Below are positions 35,140-45,221 of a DNA stretch of 63,262 nt, in pieces; position 1 is the first letter of the stretch, and each line of letters starts with the position of its first letter. Both the position numbers and the translations under genes were made by a program. The notes under the pieces were generated by a model, which had not been told where the DNA came from, did no database searches, and saw only the letters and a program-made list of their open reading frames with translations. The stretch lies in NCBI GenBank assembly GCA_022842825.1, contig JALHOU010000004.1, forward strand, positions 1-63,262. Reading direction: 5' to 3'. This DNA is from Rubrivivax sp. Lineage in GTDB: Bacteria > Pseudomonadota > Gammaproteobacteria > Burkholderiales > Burkholderiaceae_C.

Positions 35140-37146
35140 CTACACGTCGACGTCGACCGCGTCGCCGTGCAGTTCCATCAACTCGCGGCGCGCCGAGGCC
35201 TCGCCCTTGCCCATGAGCTGCGTCAGCACCTTCGTCGTGGCATCGAACGTCGTCGACTCGCTCTGGCCCCAGCCCACAGGCAGCAGCCGCCGGGTCTCAG
35301 GGTTGAGCGTGGTCTCCCATAGCTGCTCGGCATTCATCTCGCCCAGGCCCTTGAAGCGGCTGATGGTCCAGCTGCCTTCGCGCGCGCCCTCCTTGCGCAG
35401 CTTGTCCAGCGCCGCCTCGCGCTCCCCGTCGTCCAGCGCGTAGATCTTCGCGGCCGGCCGCTTGCCGCGCGCCGGCGCGTCGATGCGGTAAAGCGGCGGC
35501 TTGGCGATGCACACATGCCCGCGCTCCACGAGCTTGGGAAAGTGGCGGAAGAAGAGCGTCAGCAGGAGCACCTGGATGTGCGAGCCGTCGACGTCGGCGT
35601 CGGAGAGGATGCAGACCTTGCCGTAACGCAGGCCGCTCATGTCGGGTTCGTCGTTCGGCCCGTGCGGGTCGACCCCCAGCGCCACGGCGATGTCGTGTAT
35701 CTCGGTGTTGGCGAAGAGCCGGTCGCGCTCGACCTCCCAGGTGTTGAGTACCTTGCCGCGCAGCGGCAGCACGGCCTGCGTCTCCTTGTTGCGGCCCATC
35801 TTGGCGCTGCCGCCGGCGCTGTCGCCCTCGACGAGGAAGATCTCGTTCATGTTCAGGTCGCGGCTCTCGCAGTCCGTCAGCTTGCCGGGCAGCACGGCGA
35901 CGCCGCTGCCTTTGCGCTTCTCGACCTTCTGCGCCGCGCGCTGGCGCGTCTGCGCCTGGCGGATGACGAGCTCGGCGAGCTTCTTGCCCACATCCACGTG
36001 CTGGTTGAGCCACAGCTCGAGCGCCGGGCGCACGTAGTTGGAGACGAGGCGCAGCGTGTCGCGGCTGTTCAGCCGCTCCTTGATCTGGCCCTGGAACTGC
36101 GGGTCGAGCACCTTGGCCGAAAGGACGAAGCTGGCGCGCGAGAACACGTCCTCGGGCATCAACTTCACGCCCTTGGGTAGCAGCGAATGCAGGTCGATGA
36201 AGCCCTTCACCGCGGCGAAGAGCCCGTCCTTCAGGCCGCTCTCGTGCGTGCCGCCGGCCACCGTGGGGATGAGGTTGACGTAGCTCTCGCGCAGCAGGTT
36301 GCCCTCGTCGGTGAAGGCCACGCACCAGGCGGCACCCTCGCCCTCGGCGAAGTTCTCGGTCTCGTTGGCGTTGGCGTACTGCTCCCCCTCGAAGAGCGGA
36401 ATCAGCGGCTCGGCCGGCAAGTTCTGCAGCAGATAGTCGCGCAGGCCGCCCTTGTAGAGCCAGGTCTGCGTCTCGTTGCTCTTTTCATGCACGAGCGTGA
36501 CAGTGACACCCGGCATCAGCACGGCCTTGCTGCGCAGCAGGTGAACGAGGTCGTGGCGCGGCAGCTCGGCGCTCTCGAAGTACTTCGGGTCGGGCCACAC
36601 GCGCACGCTGGTGCCGCTCTTGCGGTCCCCCGCGACGGCCTTGCGTTGTGCGAGCTTCTCGACCACGTCGCCGCCGGAGAAGGCGATGCTCGCCACCTGG
36701 CCCTCGCGCCACACCGTCACCTGCAGCCGCTTGGCGAGCGCGTTGGTGACGCTCACGCCCACGCCGTGCAGGCCGCCGCTGAAGCTGTAGGCGCCACCCG
36801 CGCCCTTGTCGAACTTGCCGCCGGCGTGCAGCCGCGTGTAGACGATCTCGAGCACCGGCACCTTCTCTTCGGGGTGCAGGCCGAAGGGGATGCCGCGGCC
36901 GTCGTCATCGACGCTGACGCTGCCGTCGGCGTGCAATGTGACGGCGATGCGCTTGCCGTGGCCGGCGAGCGCCTCGTCAGCGGCGTTGTCGATCACCTCC
37001 TGCACGATGTGCAGCGGGTTGTCGGTGCGGGTGTACATGCCCGGCCGCTGCTTGACGGGCTCCAGGCCCTTGAGGACGCGGATGGAGGCCTCGGCGTACT
37101 CGCCGGGCTTGACGGGGGCGGTCGAGGGAGAACGGGTGCTTGGCAT
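35140..37146 (-). CDS. parE: DNA topoisomerase IV subunit B
   Basis: LKGLEPVKQRPGMY, EVIDNAADE, GGLHGVG, VEGDSAGGS, PLRGK, DADVDG, RFKGLGEM. Confidence 0.97.
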   Translation of the reverse strand: MPSTRSPSTAPVKPGEYAEASIRVLKGLEPVKQRPGMYTRTDNPLHIVQEVIDNAADEALAGHGKRIAVTLHADGSVSVDDDGRGIPFGLHPEEKVPVLEIVYTRLHAGGKFDKGAGGAYSFSGGLHGVGVSVTNALAKRLQVTVWREGQVASIAFSGGDVVEKLAQRKAVAGDRKSGTSVRVWPDPKYFESAELPRHDLVHLLRSKAVLMPGVTVTLVHEKSNETQTWLYKGGLRDYLLQNLPAEPLIPLFEGEQYANANETENFAEGEGAAWCVAFTDEGNLLRESYVNLIPTVAGGTHESGLKDGLFAAVKGFIDLHSLLPKGVKLMPEDVFSRASFVLSAKVLDPQFQGQIKERLNSRDTLRLVSNYVRPALELWLNQHVDVGKKLAELVIRQAQTRQRAAQKVEKRKGSGVAVLPGKLTDCESRDLNMNEIFLVEGDSAGGSAKMGRNKETQAVLPLRGKVLNTWEVERDRLFANTEIHDIAVALGVDPHGPNDEPDMSGLRYGKVCILSDADVDGSHIQVLLLTLFFRHFPKLVERGHVCIAKPPLYRIDAPARGKRPAAKIYALDDGEREAALDKLRKEGAREGSWTISRFKGLGEMNAEQLWETTLNPETRRLLPVGWGQSESTTFDATTKVLTQLMGKGEASARRELMELHGDAVDVDV

Positions 37147-37278
37147 GGCGCGGCGCATTCTAGGCAGTGCGCCGTGGCGGATCGTGCTTGCGTCCTGTCA
37201 ACGGGAACTTGCGGGCGTCAGGCACACTCCATCGGGACCGACGTCCCCTTCACACAAGCTTTGCCAGGAGAGATTCCA

Positions 37279-37884
37279 ATGGTCCAGTTTCGTTCGACAC
37301 GCATTGCAGCGCTTGCCACCCTGCTGGGGTCGGTTTTGGCGGCCCAGGCACAGGAAGCGCCGCGCGTCTATTTCGGTCTGACGGCCGGCGTCGCGGCCGC
37401 CGTCGCTCGGGACTACGACACCGACAAGAACGAGACCGGCAGTGGCCGGCCGAGCGCCGGTGTCTTCGCCGGGGTGCGGCTGTTCGACCTGCCGGTCGGC
37501 AAGGGATGGCCGGTGGGCGTGGAAGTGGGCTACCAGGACATCAGCAGCCACACCATTCCCTACCGCATCGCCGGGGGCACGACCGACCTCACCGCGCGCG
37601 GCCACAGCAGCTACGTCGCGCTGAAGGTGAGCGCGCCGCTGACCGAGCGCGTGGCGCTCTATGGCCGCCTGGGAGCCTCGCGCAACGTCGTCGACGGCAC
37701 CACGCCCGCCGGGCAGACACCGATCGACATCGACGGCAGGCGCACGGGGGTGCTCAGCGGCTTCGGCGCGGAGTTCCAGCTCACGCCCAACCTGATGCTG
37801 CGTGCCGAGGCGACGAGCTTCGGCCGTGGGTCGGCGAACTCGCGCGTGGGCGGCGTCAGCGCCGGCGTGGCCGTCGGGTTCTGA
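37279..37884 (+). CDS. Outer-membrane beta-barrel protein (OmpA-like 8-stranded)
   Basis: Signal peptide (AAQA), alternating beta-strands, terminal Phe; AGGAG RBS. Confidence 0.82.
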   Translation: MVQFRSTRIAALATLLGSVLAAQAQEAPRVYFGLTAGVAAAVARDYDTDKNETGSGRPSAGVFAGVRLFDLPVGKGWPVGVEVGYQDISSHTIPYRIAGGTTDLTARGHSSYVALKVSAPLTERVALYGRLGASRNVVDGTTPAGQTPIDIDGRRTGVLSGFGAEFQLTPNLMLRAEATSFGRGSANSRVGGVSAGVAVGF

Positions 37885-37915
37885 GGCGGCGGCGCGCGCC
37901 GCGCGGGCGCGGCCG

Positions 37916-38332
37916 TCAGGTGCAGCCGCCGCTCATCGTGTGCGCATGGCCGGCATCGAACGTGGTCGACACCGAGATCATGCCCCCCGCCCGCAACTGA
38001 ACGATCTGCCCCGGGCTCAGTGTGACCTGGTGGTTGTGCCCGCTGGTGCCTTGCACGCTGTAGGTCTTGGTCACGCTCGAGGTCATGTCGGCGGCCGGGA
38101 TGACGAGGATGTGGCCGTGGTTGGCGCTGAAAGTCAGGCCCGTGCAGTTGGTCGGCGGCGGCAGTGGCGCCGGTGGGGGTGGCGCTCCGGGCGCGGGGGC
38201 CGGTGACGGACCCGGGGCAGGGGCCGGGGCCGCTGAGGCCTCGTCCTCGCCTCCGCCGCAGCCCGCGAGCTTGAAGGCGATGCCGCTGGCGAGCACCTGG
38301 ACCAGGAAGAACTTGCGATTGACGTCCGGCAT
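37916..38332 (-). CDS. Small Pro-linker lipoprotein with three HxH motifs (putative metal-binding)
   Basis: NRKFFL...LAGC, (AP)n linker, NHGH, GHNH, GHAH; AAGGAG RBS. Confidence 0.75.
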   Translation of the reverse strand: MPDVNRKFFLVQVLASGIAFKLAGCGGGEDEASAAPAPAPGPSPAPAPGAPPPPAPLPPPTNCTGLTFSANHGHILVIPAADMTSSVTKTYSVQGTSGHNHQVTLSPGQIVQLRAGGMISVSTTFDAGHAHTMSGGCT

Positions 38333-38514
38333 GGCGGGTCTCCTTCGATCGCAAGCATGGGCCGGCCGCGTGCATCGGCGGGCTACGAGGTGCAACAAGA
38401 TGCCGCGGAGGTGGTCACGGCACCTGCGGCGTGTTTGCCGCGCTGACCTGGGGCCGTCGCGGCAGGTCTGCGCGGCAGCGTCTGGACACCACACCCGCCA
38501 GTGGATCGCGCCCT

Positions 38515-39780
38515 TCAACCGTATCGGGACATCGCCAGCCCGCTTACGTCGATCTCCGGCTTGCGCCCAGCCACCATGTCGGCGATGACGCGGCCGGTGC
38601 CCGCGGCCATCGTCCAGCCGAGCGTGCCGTGGCCGGTGGCCAGCAGCAGGTTGTCGAGCCGCGTCGGCCCGATGATGGGCGTGCCGTCGGGTGTCATCGG
38701 CCGCAGGCCGCACCAGAAGCTGGCCTGGGCCACGTCGCCACCGCGCGGAAACAGGTCGGTGACAACATGGTTCAGCGTCGCCCGCCGCGCCTCGCGCAGC
38801 GCCAGGCTGTAGCCGGCCAGCTCGGCGGTGCCGCCGACGCGGATGCGGTCGCCCAGGCGCGTCACCGCGACCTTGTGCGTTTCGTCCATGATGGTCGACT
38901 CGGGCGCCCCGGCGGGGTCGGTGATGGGCACGGTGATCGAGTAGCCCTTCACCGGGTAGACGGGGATGCGCAGGCCCAGCGGCTTGAGCATCAGCGGCGA
39001 GTAGCTGCCGAGCGCCATCACGTAGCGGTCGGCCTGCAACGTGCCGGCGCTCGTGCGCACACCGGTGATGCGCCGGGCCGCGCCGGCCCCTTCGGCGTCG
39101 ATGCCGGCGATGGTGCTGCCAAAGCGGAAGCTGACCCCGAGTGCCTGCGCCATCTCGGCGAGGCGGTTGGTGAACTTGAAACAGTCTCCGGTTTCGTCGC
39201 CCGGCAGGCGCAGCGCGCCGACGAACTTCTCCTGCGTCAGCCTGAGCGCGGGCTCGACACGGCAAAAGCCTGCGCGGTCGAGCACCTCGAAGGGCACGCC
39301 GTACTGCCGCAGCACCTCCACATCACCGCCGATGCCGTCGAGCTGCTTGTGGGTGCGAAAGAGCTGCAGCGTGCCCAACGCGCGTTCGTCGTAGGCGATG
39401 CCGGTCTCGGAGCGCAACGCCTTCAGGCAGTCGCGGCTGTACTCGGCGATGGGCACCATGCGGCTCTTGTTGAGCGCGTAGGCGCGCGCCGTGCAGTTGG
39501 CCAGCATCATCGCGCCCCAGCGCCACATGGCCGGGTCGAGCAGCGGCCAGATGACGAGCGGGCTGTGCTGCATCAGCATCCACTTGATGGCCTTCACCGG
39601 CACGCCCGGCCCCGCCCAGGGGGCGCTGTAGCCGGGCGAGACCTCGCCGGCATTGGCAAAGCTCGTCTCCAGCGCCGGGCCGGGCTGCCGCTCGAGCACC
39701 GTCACCTCGTGCCCGTCGCAGGCGAGGCAGTAGGCGATCGAGGTGCCGATGACGCCGCCGCCCAGGACCAGAACTTTCAA
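38515..39780 (-). CDS. dadA: D-amino acid dehydrogenase
   Basis: TTG start after AAGGAG; [42 protein letters not shown]. Confidence 0.95.
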   Translation of the reverse strand: MKVLVLGGGVIGTSIAYCLACDGHEVTVLERQPGPALETSFANAGEVSPGYSAPWAGPGVPVKAIKWMLMQHSPLVIWPLLDPAMWRWGAMMLANCTARAYALNKSRMVPIAEYSRDCLKALRSETGIAYDERALGTLQLFRTHKQLDGIGGDVEVLRQYGVPFEVLDRAGFCRVEPALRLTQEKFVGALRLPGDETGDCFKFTNRLAEMAQALGVSFRFGSTIAGIDAEGAGAARRITGVRTSAGTLQADRYVMALGSYSPLMLKPLGLRIPVYPVKGYSITVPITDPAGAPESTIMDETHKVAVTRLGDRIRVGGTAELAGYSLALREARRATLNHVVTDLFPRGGDVAQASFWCGLRPMTPDGTPIIGPTRLDNLLLATGHGTLGWTMAAGTGRVIADMVAGRKPEIDVSGLAMSRYG

Positions 39781-39884
39781 TGCGTTCTCCTTGCACGCAC
39801 CGATCGTCGGGTGCACGCGACGCCGCGCACTGTAATGGTGGCGCGTCGGCACAGTGGGCATGCCGCTTGCCGGACAATCGCCCG

Positions 39885-41141
39885 ATGAGTTCGGACTCGA
39901 GCACTGCCGCTCGTGCTGCCCCGGCGGCGGCGCCGGTGGCCCGCTTGTCGATGGCGCAGGTGCTGATCTGCGGCGCCGCCGTCGTCACGCTGTCGATGGG
40001 CATCCGCCACGGCTTCGGCCTGTGGCTGCAGCCGATCACGATGGAGCGCGGCTGGACGCGCGAGACCTTCGCCTTCGCGATGGCGGTGCAGAACCTCTCC
40101 TGGGGTCTCGCGGGGCCGTTCGCGGGCGCGCTGGCCGACCGCTTCGGCGCCTTCCGCGTGCTGGTGATCGGCGGCCTGCTCTACGCGCTCGGTCTCGTGA
40201 CGATGGCGCTCGCCACCACGGGCCTGGCCTTCACCGGCAGCGCCGGCGTGCTGCTGGGCATGGCGCAGAGCGGCACCACCTACGCCATCGTCTACGGCGT
40301 CATCGCACGCCAGGTCGACCCGGCCCAGCGCTCGTGGGCCATGGGCGTGACGGCCGCGGCCGGCTCGTTCGGCCAGTTCCTGATGGTGCCGGTGGAGACC
40401 TGGCTCATCGGCCACACCGGCTGGCAGACGGCGCTTTTCGTGCTCGGCGCAATGGCGCTCGCGATCCTGCCGCTCGCGGTGGGCCTGCGCGAGCCGGTGC
40501 AGCCTGCGGCCGCGCCGGGCGCGCCGCCGCAGAGCCTGGGCTCGGCGCTGCGCGAGGCATTCGCTTACCCGCCCTTCCTGCTCCTCACGGCGGGCTACTT
40601 CGTCTGCGGCTTCCACGTCGTCTTCATCGGCGTGCACATGCCGAGCTACCTGAAGGACAAGGGCTTCGGCCCCGACGTCGCAGCGGGCGCGCTGATGCTG
40701 ATCGGCCTGTTCAACGTCTTCGGCACCTATGCCGCGGGCGCGCTCGGGCAGCGCCTGGCCAAGCGGCACATCCTGGCCGCCATCTACGGCCTGCGCGCCA
40801 TCGTCATCCTGGCCTTCGTGCTCGCGCCGGTGACGGCAACGAGCGTGTACCTCTTCGCCGCCGCGATGGGCCTGCTGTGGCTCTCGACCGTGCCGCCCAC
40901 CAATGCCATCGTGGTGCAGATCTTCGGCGTGCGGCACATGAGCATGCTCGGCGGCTTTGTCTTCCTGAGCCACCAGATCGGCAGCTTCTTTGGCGTCTGG
41001 CTCGGGGGGCGTCTGTACGACGCCACGGGCAGCTACGATGTCGTGTGGTGGATCGCGGTAGCGCTCGGCGTCTTCGCGATGCTCATCAACCTGCCGGTGC
41101 GCGAGACGGCCATCGTGCGGCCGGCGCTCAAGGCCGCGTAG
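39885..41141 (+). CDS. MFS transporter
   Basis: G.LADRFG motif A, 12 TM segments, HQIGSF.G.WLGG. Confidence 0.93.
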   Translation: MSSDSSTAARAAPAAAPVARLSMAQVLICGAAVVTLSMGIRHGFGLWLQPITMERGWTRETFAFAMAVQNLSWGLAGPFAGALADRFGAFRVLVIGGLLYALGLVTMALATTGLAFTGSAGVLLGMAQSGTTYAIVYGVIARQVDPAQRSWAMGVTAAAGSFGQFLMVPVETWLIGHTGWQTALFVLGAMALAILPLAVGLREPVQPAAAPGAPPQSLGSALREAFAYPPFLLLTAGYFVCGFHVVFIGVHMPSYLKDKGFGPDVAAGALMLIGLFNVFGTYAAGALGQRLAKRHILAAIYGLRAIVILAFVLAPVTATSVYLFAAAMGLLWLSTVPPTNAIVVQIFGVRHMSMLGGFVFLSHQIGSFFGVWLGGRLYDATGSYDVVWWIAVALGVFAMLINLPVRETAIVRPALKAA

Positions 41142-41151
41142 CGGGGGCAGC

Positions 41152-41322
41152 ATGAGAGCGCGACGGGGCCGTGATGGGGGCGCAGCCGCGACGGCGCCGG
41201 GTCTTGTCGGGCGCCTCGCCCTCTGGGCCGCTGCCATCTTGGCGCTGGCGCTGGTGGCCATGGCCTACCTGAACCCGCACCTGATGGTGGACATCGCCGA
41301 CCAGGTGTGGTCGTGTTTTTGA
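41152..41322 (+). CDS. Small (56 aa) single-TM protein, not in the ORF track
   Basis: MRARRGRDGGAAATAPGLVGRLALWAAAILALALVAMAYLNPHLMVDIADQVWSCF*; fills the MFS-methyltransferase gap in the operon. Confidence 0.7.
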   Translation: MRARRGRDGGAAATAPGLVGRLALWAAAILALALVAMAYLNPHLMVDIADQVWSCF

Positions 41323-41335
41323 GCGGAATCACCGC

Positions 41336-41896
41336 ATGCACGCGCCGCGACCGACGCCTTCCTCCTGGGTCACACGCTGGGCGCCGCTCATTGCGTCGGG
41401 CGGCCAGGTGCTGGACCTTGCTTGCGGCAGCGGCCGGCACCTGCGCTGGCTGGCCGAAGGCGGCTGGCGGGTCACCGGCGTGGACCGCGACGGCTTGGCA
41501 GTGCAACCGCTGCGCGCCCTGGCCGAGATCGTCGTCGCCGACATCGAGGCCGAAGTCTGGCCGCTGGGAGGCCGCCGCTTCGACGGCATCATCGTCACGA
41601 ACTACCTGTGGCGCGCACTGCTGCCGCGCATCGCCGCCTCACTGGCCCCCTCCGGCGTGTTGATCTACGAGACTTTCGCCGACGGCCAGCAGCACTTCGG
41701 CCGCCCGAGCAAGCCCGAGTTCCTGCTGCAACGCGGGGAACTGCTGCGCGCCTTCCCGGATCTGTCGGTGGTGGCCTACGAAGACGGTCTGGAGTCGAGC
41801 CCCGAGCGGCGCGTGCAGCGCCTCGTGGCGGTGGCGCCTGGCGCCCCGGGGCCGGACCCTAGAATCGCAGCCTTCGAGCCCCGCAGGCTGCTGTAG
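41336..41896 (+). CDS. Class I SAM-dependent methyltransferase (TehB-like)
   Basis: [24 protein letters not shown]. Confidence 0.9.
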   Translation: MHAPRPTPSSWVTRWAPLIASGGQVLDLACGSGRHLRWLAEGGWRVTGVDRDGLAVQPLRALAEIVVADIEAEVWPLGGRRFDGIIVTNYLWRALLPRIAASLAPSGVLIYETFADGQQHFGRPSKPEFLLQRGELLRAFPDLSVVAYEDGLESSPERRVQRLVAVAPGAPGPDPRIAAFEPRRLL

Positions 41897-41934
41897 CCAA
41901 GCCCCCGCAGCCCCTTGCCGCCCAGGACACCCGC

Positions 41935-42831
41935 ATGAACCCCATTGTTGGCAGCATCGTGGCGCTGGTCACGCCGATGCGCGAAGACGGCCGCATCGAC
42001 TACGACGCGCTGCGCCGCCTGATCGACTGGCACATCGCCGAGGGCACCGACTGCATCGGCGTCGTCGGCACCACGGGCGAATCGCCCACGGTGTCGATGG
42101 AAGAAAACTGCGAGGTCATCCGCGTGGCCGTCGAGCAGGCCAGGAAGGCGAGCCGCCGCGTGCCCATCATGGCCGGCACGGGCGCGAACAACACCATCGA
42201 GGCGATCGAGCTCACGCGCTTCGCCAAGAAGGTGGGCGCCGACTGCCACCTCTCGGTGGTGCCCTACTACAACCGGCCCTCGCAGGAAGGCATCTACCGC
42301 CACTTCAAGGCCATCGCCGAGGCAGTGGACCTGCCGATGGTGCTGTACAACGTACCCGGCCGCACCGTGGCAGACATGTTGCCCGAGACGGCGTTGCGCC
42401 TGGCGCAGATTCCCGGCGTCATCGGCATCAAGGAAGCCAGCGGCAACATCGAGCGCGCCGCGCAGCTCATCAAGCACGCGCCGAAGGGCTTCTCGATCTA
42501 CTCGGGCGACGACGGCACCGCCATCGCGCTGATGCTGCTCGGCGGCCATGGCAACGTGAGCGTCACCGCCAACGTGGCGCCCCGGCTGATGCACGAGATG
42601 TGCATTGCCGCGGTCGAGGGCGACGTGCGGCGCGCCACGGCCATCCACATGAAGCTGCTGCCGCTGCACAAGCAGCTGTTCTGCGAGCCGAGCCCGGCCC
42701 CGGCGAAGTGGGCCTTGGCGCAACTCGGTCTTGGTGCGCCGCACGTCCGGTTGCCCATCGTGCCGCTCTCGGAAGCCGGGCAGGCCCTGTTGCGTGAGGC
42801 GATGCGCTCGAGCGGCTTGCTGGCAGGCTGA
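41935..42831 (+). CDS. dapA: 4-hydroxy-tetrahydrodipicolinate synthase
   Basis: GTTGES, PYYN, YNVPGRT, IKEASG; upstream of bamC. Confidence 0.97.
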   Translation: MNPIVGSIVALVTPMREDGRIDYDALRRLIDWHIAEGTDCIGVVGTTGESPTVSMEENCEVIRVAVEQARKASRRVPIMAGTGANNTIEAIELTRFAKKVGADCHLSVVPYYNRPSQEGIYRHFKAIAEAVDLPMVLYNVPGRTVADMLPETALRLAQIPGVIGIKEASGNIERAAQLIKHAPKGFSIYSGDDGTAIALMLLGGHGNVSVTANVAPRLMHEMCIAAVEGDVRRATAIHMKLLPLHKQLFCEPSPAPAKWALAQLGLGAPHVRLPIVPLSEAGQALLREAMRSSGLLAG

Positions 42832-42939
42832 CCTTCAAGCGACGCCGCCCGATACCCCACGGCGCGTGTCCGACGCGCCGTCTTGCGCGACCCCTGGCGC
42901 GCCACTGAATGCGCAGCTCTGCGTGGGCTGCCGGAGACC

Positions 42940-44145
42940 TTGAACGTGACTTCCCGACCCCCTGCGCTGCGCACCACCGCCACGGCCGTGGCCATGCTCT
43001 TCCTGGCCGGCTGCACCTCGACCGATGGCCTCTTCGGCGGCGACAAGGTCGACTACCGGACCGAGGCCGTGAAGACGAAGCCGCTGGAGGTGCCGCCCGA
43101 CCTGACCCAGCTCGCGCGCGACTCGCGCTACCAGCCCATCGGGGCCGCGGGCGGGTCCGTCAGCGCTTCCAGCGCCGCCGCTGCACCCACGACGGCGCCT
43201 GCGGTCACCGCCGGCGCCGGCCCCTTAGCCACCGCCGTGGCGCCGGGCAAGGTGGAGAACATCCGCATCGAGCGCGCCGGCCAGCAGCGCTGGCTCGTCG
43301 TGACCCAGCAAGCGCCCGAGTCGTTGTGGCCCAAGGTCAAGTCGTTCTGGGAGAAGACCGGCTTCACGCTCACGCTGGACAACCCGCAGACCGGCGTGAT
43401 GGAGACCAACTGGTCCGAGAACCGCGCCAAGCTCCCGGACGACGTGGTGCGCAACCTCATCGGGCGCCTCGCACGCAACCTCTACGACACCGGAGAGCGC
43501 GACCTCTTCCGCACGCGGCTGGAGCGCAACGCCGACGGCAGCGTGGAGATCTACATCTCGCACCGCGGCATCGAGGAGGTGGTGGGCGGTCCTTTCCGCG
43601 ACATCAGCTCGTGGCGTGCGCGACCGAGCGAACCCGACCTCGAGGCCGAGATGCTGGCGCGCCTGATGCTCGCGCTGGGCCCGACGACGCCCGCGGCCGC
43701 CGAGCCGGCGGCGCGCCCCGCCTCGCAGGCGCTCGCCACTGCGGTGAGCACGGTGGCGGCGGCGCCGCAACCTCCGGCGCGTGCGCGCACAACGTCGACC
43801 GGCGATCGCGCCAGCATGGAACTGGACGAGCCTTTCGATCGGGCCTGGCGTCGCGTCGGGCTGGTGCTCGACCGCGGCGGCTTCACGGTCGAGGACCGCG
43901 ACCGCGCCTCCGGCATCTACTACGTGCGCTACTCCGACCCCAAGGCGGCCGGGCAGGAGGAGCCCAACTTCTTCGCGCGCGTCTTCGGAGGCGCCAAGGA
44001 TCCACAGACTCCGGTGCGCTACCGCATCGTGCTCAAGAGCGCCGGCGCCAAGACGAACGTGGACGTCCTCACCTCCGAGGGCAGTACGGCCAGCGGCGAC
44101 AACGGCCAGCGCATCATCGCGCGCCTGCTCGACGACCTGAAGTGA
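42940..44145 (+). CDS. bamC: Outer membrane protein assembly factor BamC
   Basis: Lipobox LAGC, LEVPPDL, METNW.ENRA, FDRAWRRVG; dapA-bamC synteny; TTG start after GGAG. Confidence 0.92.
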   Translation: MNVTSRPPALRTTATAVAMLFLAGCTSTDGLFGGDKVDYRTEAVKTKPLEVPPDLTQLARDSRYQPIGAAGGSVSASSAAAAPTTAPAVTAGAGPLATAVAPGKVENIRIERAGQQRWLVVTQQAPESLWPKVKSFWEKTGFTLTLDNPQTGVMETNWSENRAKLPDDVVRNLIGRLARNLYDTGERDLFRTRLERNADGSVEIYISHRGIEEVVGGPFRDISSWRARPSEPDLEAEMLARLMLALGPTTPAAAEPAARPASQALATAVSTVAAAPQPPARARTTSTGDRASMELDEPFDRAWRRVGLVLDRGGFTVEDRDRASGIYYVRYSDPKAAGQEEPNFFARVFGGAKDPQTPVRYRIVLKSAGAKTNVDVLTSEGSTASGDNGQRIIARLLDDLK

Positions 44146-44209
44146 TGGCGCTTCGCTGACCGCGCGGCGCCGTACGCGGTGCCCGCCTCGACGCGCAAGG
44201 CAGGCGCAC

Positions 44210-44239
44210 AAAAGAAAGGCCGCCCGAGGGCGGCCCTTT
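44210..44239 (-). terminator. Intrinsic terminator
   Basis: On the minus strand, the stem-loop GGCCGCC-CTCG-GGCGGCC is followed by TTTCTTTT, downstream of the small lipoprotein gene. Confidence 0.75.
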
Positions 44240-44279
44240 GCATCGCAGGACCGGGCACCCCGCGAGGGTGCCCAGGCGA

Positions 44280-44540
44280 TCACTTCGAAGCAGCGGCGGC
44301 AGCGGCCGAAGCGGCAGCCTGCACGGCACCGGCAGCGGCAGAAGCGGCACCAGCCACGGCACCGGCGGCAGCCGAAGCGGCACCAGCGGCGGCCGAGGCG
44401 GCTTCAGCGATCGGGGCCGGGGCCGGCGCGGGGGCGGCGGCAGGCGCCGGGGCGGGGGCCGGCGCAGCAGCCTCCTTCTTGCCGCAGGCGGCGAGCGCCA
44501 CGACAGCGACCAGGGAAGCCAGAACGAGCGACTTGTTCAT
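44280..44540 (-). CDS. Small Ala/Pro-rich lipoprotein
   Basis: MNKSLVLASLVAVVALAACGKKE lipobox, AASAA repeats; GAGGA RBS. Confidence 0.85.
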   Translation of the reverse strand: MNKSLVLASLVAVVALAACGKKEAAAPAPAPAPAAAPAPAPAPIAEAASAAAGAASAAAGAVAGAASAAAGAVQAAASAAAAAASK

Positions 44541-44711
44541 TGCGTGTGTCCTCAGAATTTCGAATCGGAAGGCTGAATCAGGATAAGGTTGCCGCTCGGC
44601 CCGATCTCGCGCGAGGCCTTCGCTGGCAAACAAGGGATAGACAAGAAGCCAGGCCTTGACGGCCCGCCTCGCATGCCTAACCACGCATTATAGCCAGCCC
44701 CCGGGCTTTCC

Positions 44712-45221
44712 CTATAGACCAAGCGACTGGACGGGAAAGGCGGCCTCGGACCGTTGCAGAACCGCATCGATCTGCTCGCGCCAGGGCAATGCGGTGCGCT
44801 CGTCGGCACTGGCACGGCCCCGCCAGTGCACCGCGTCGATCAGGCGCACCATCGTGCCCTCGTCGTCGAGCAGCAGCGTAGGCAACGCGGCCGCGATGTC
44901 CTCCGGCGCGGCGAAGGGGAAGACCGCGTGCGCGAACTGTCGGCGCCACGCCACGAAGCGTGGATGCCGGCGCGGCACGTCGTCGTAGCTGGCGGCCAGC
45001 AGCACGAGCTGGCGCTGCGCACCCTTGAGCCAGGCCGTGAGCGACGCGTGCAGCTCGGGGCGATCCAGCGGCCAGAGGGCGAAGTCGCGGTCAACGCAGA
45101 TGATGCGCCGAGAACGCCCGCCCTCGCGCATGGCCCGCGCGAAGCCCCACAGCACCGCCTGCGTGAAGCCGGTGCGCGAGTCGATCGCCGGCGGCGTCTT
45201 GACACTGGCGTCATCACTCAT
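44712..45221 (-). CDS. Conserved hypothetical protein coupled to the cupin gene
   Basis: D.DF..WPL, HPRF..WR motifs; ATGA overlap with the upstream cupin gene. Confidence 0.75.
   Translation of the reverse strand: MSDDASVKTPPAIDSRTGFTQAVLWGFARAMREGGRSRRIICVDRDFALWPLDRPELHASLTAWLKGAQRQLVLLAASYDDVPRRHPRFVAWRRQFAHAVFPFAAPEDIAAALPTLLLDDEGTMVRLIDAVHWRGRASADERTALPWREQIDAVLQRSEAAFPVQSLGL

Noticed and set aside
44280-44480. GCGGCAGCC/GCACC repeats as a non-coding repeat array
   Set aside because: Explained by the AASAA/AP low-complexity coding sequence of the small lipoprotein.
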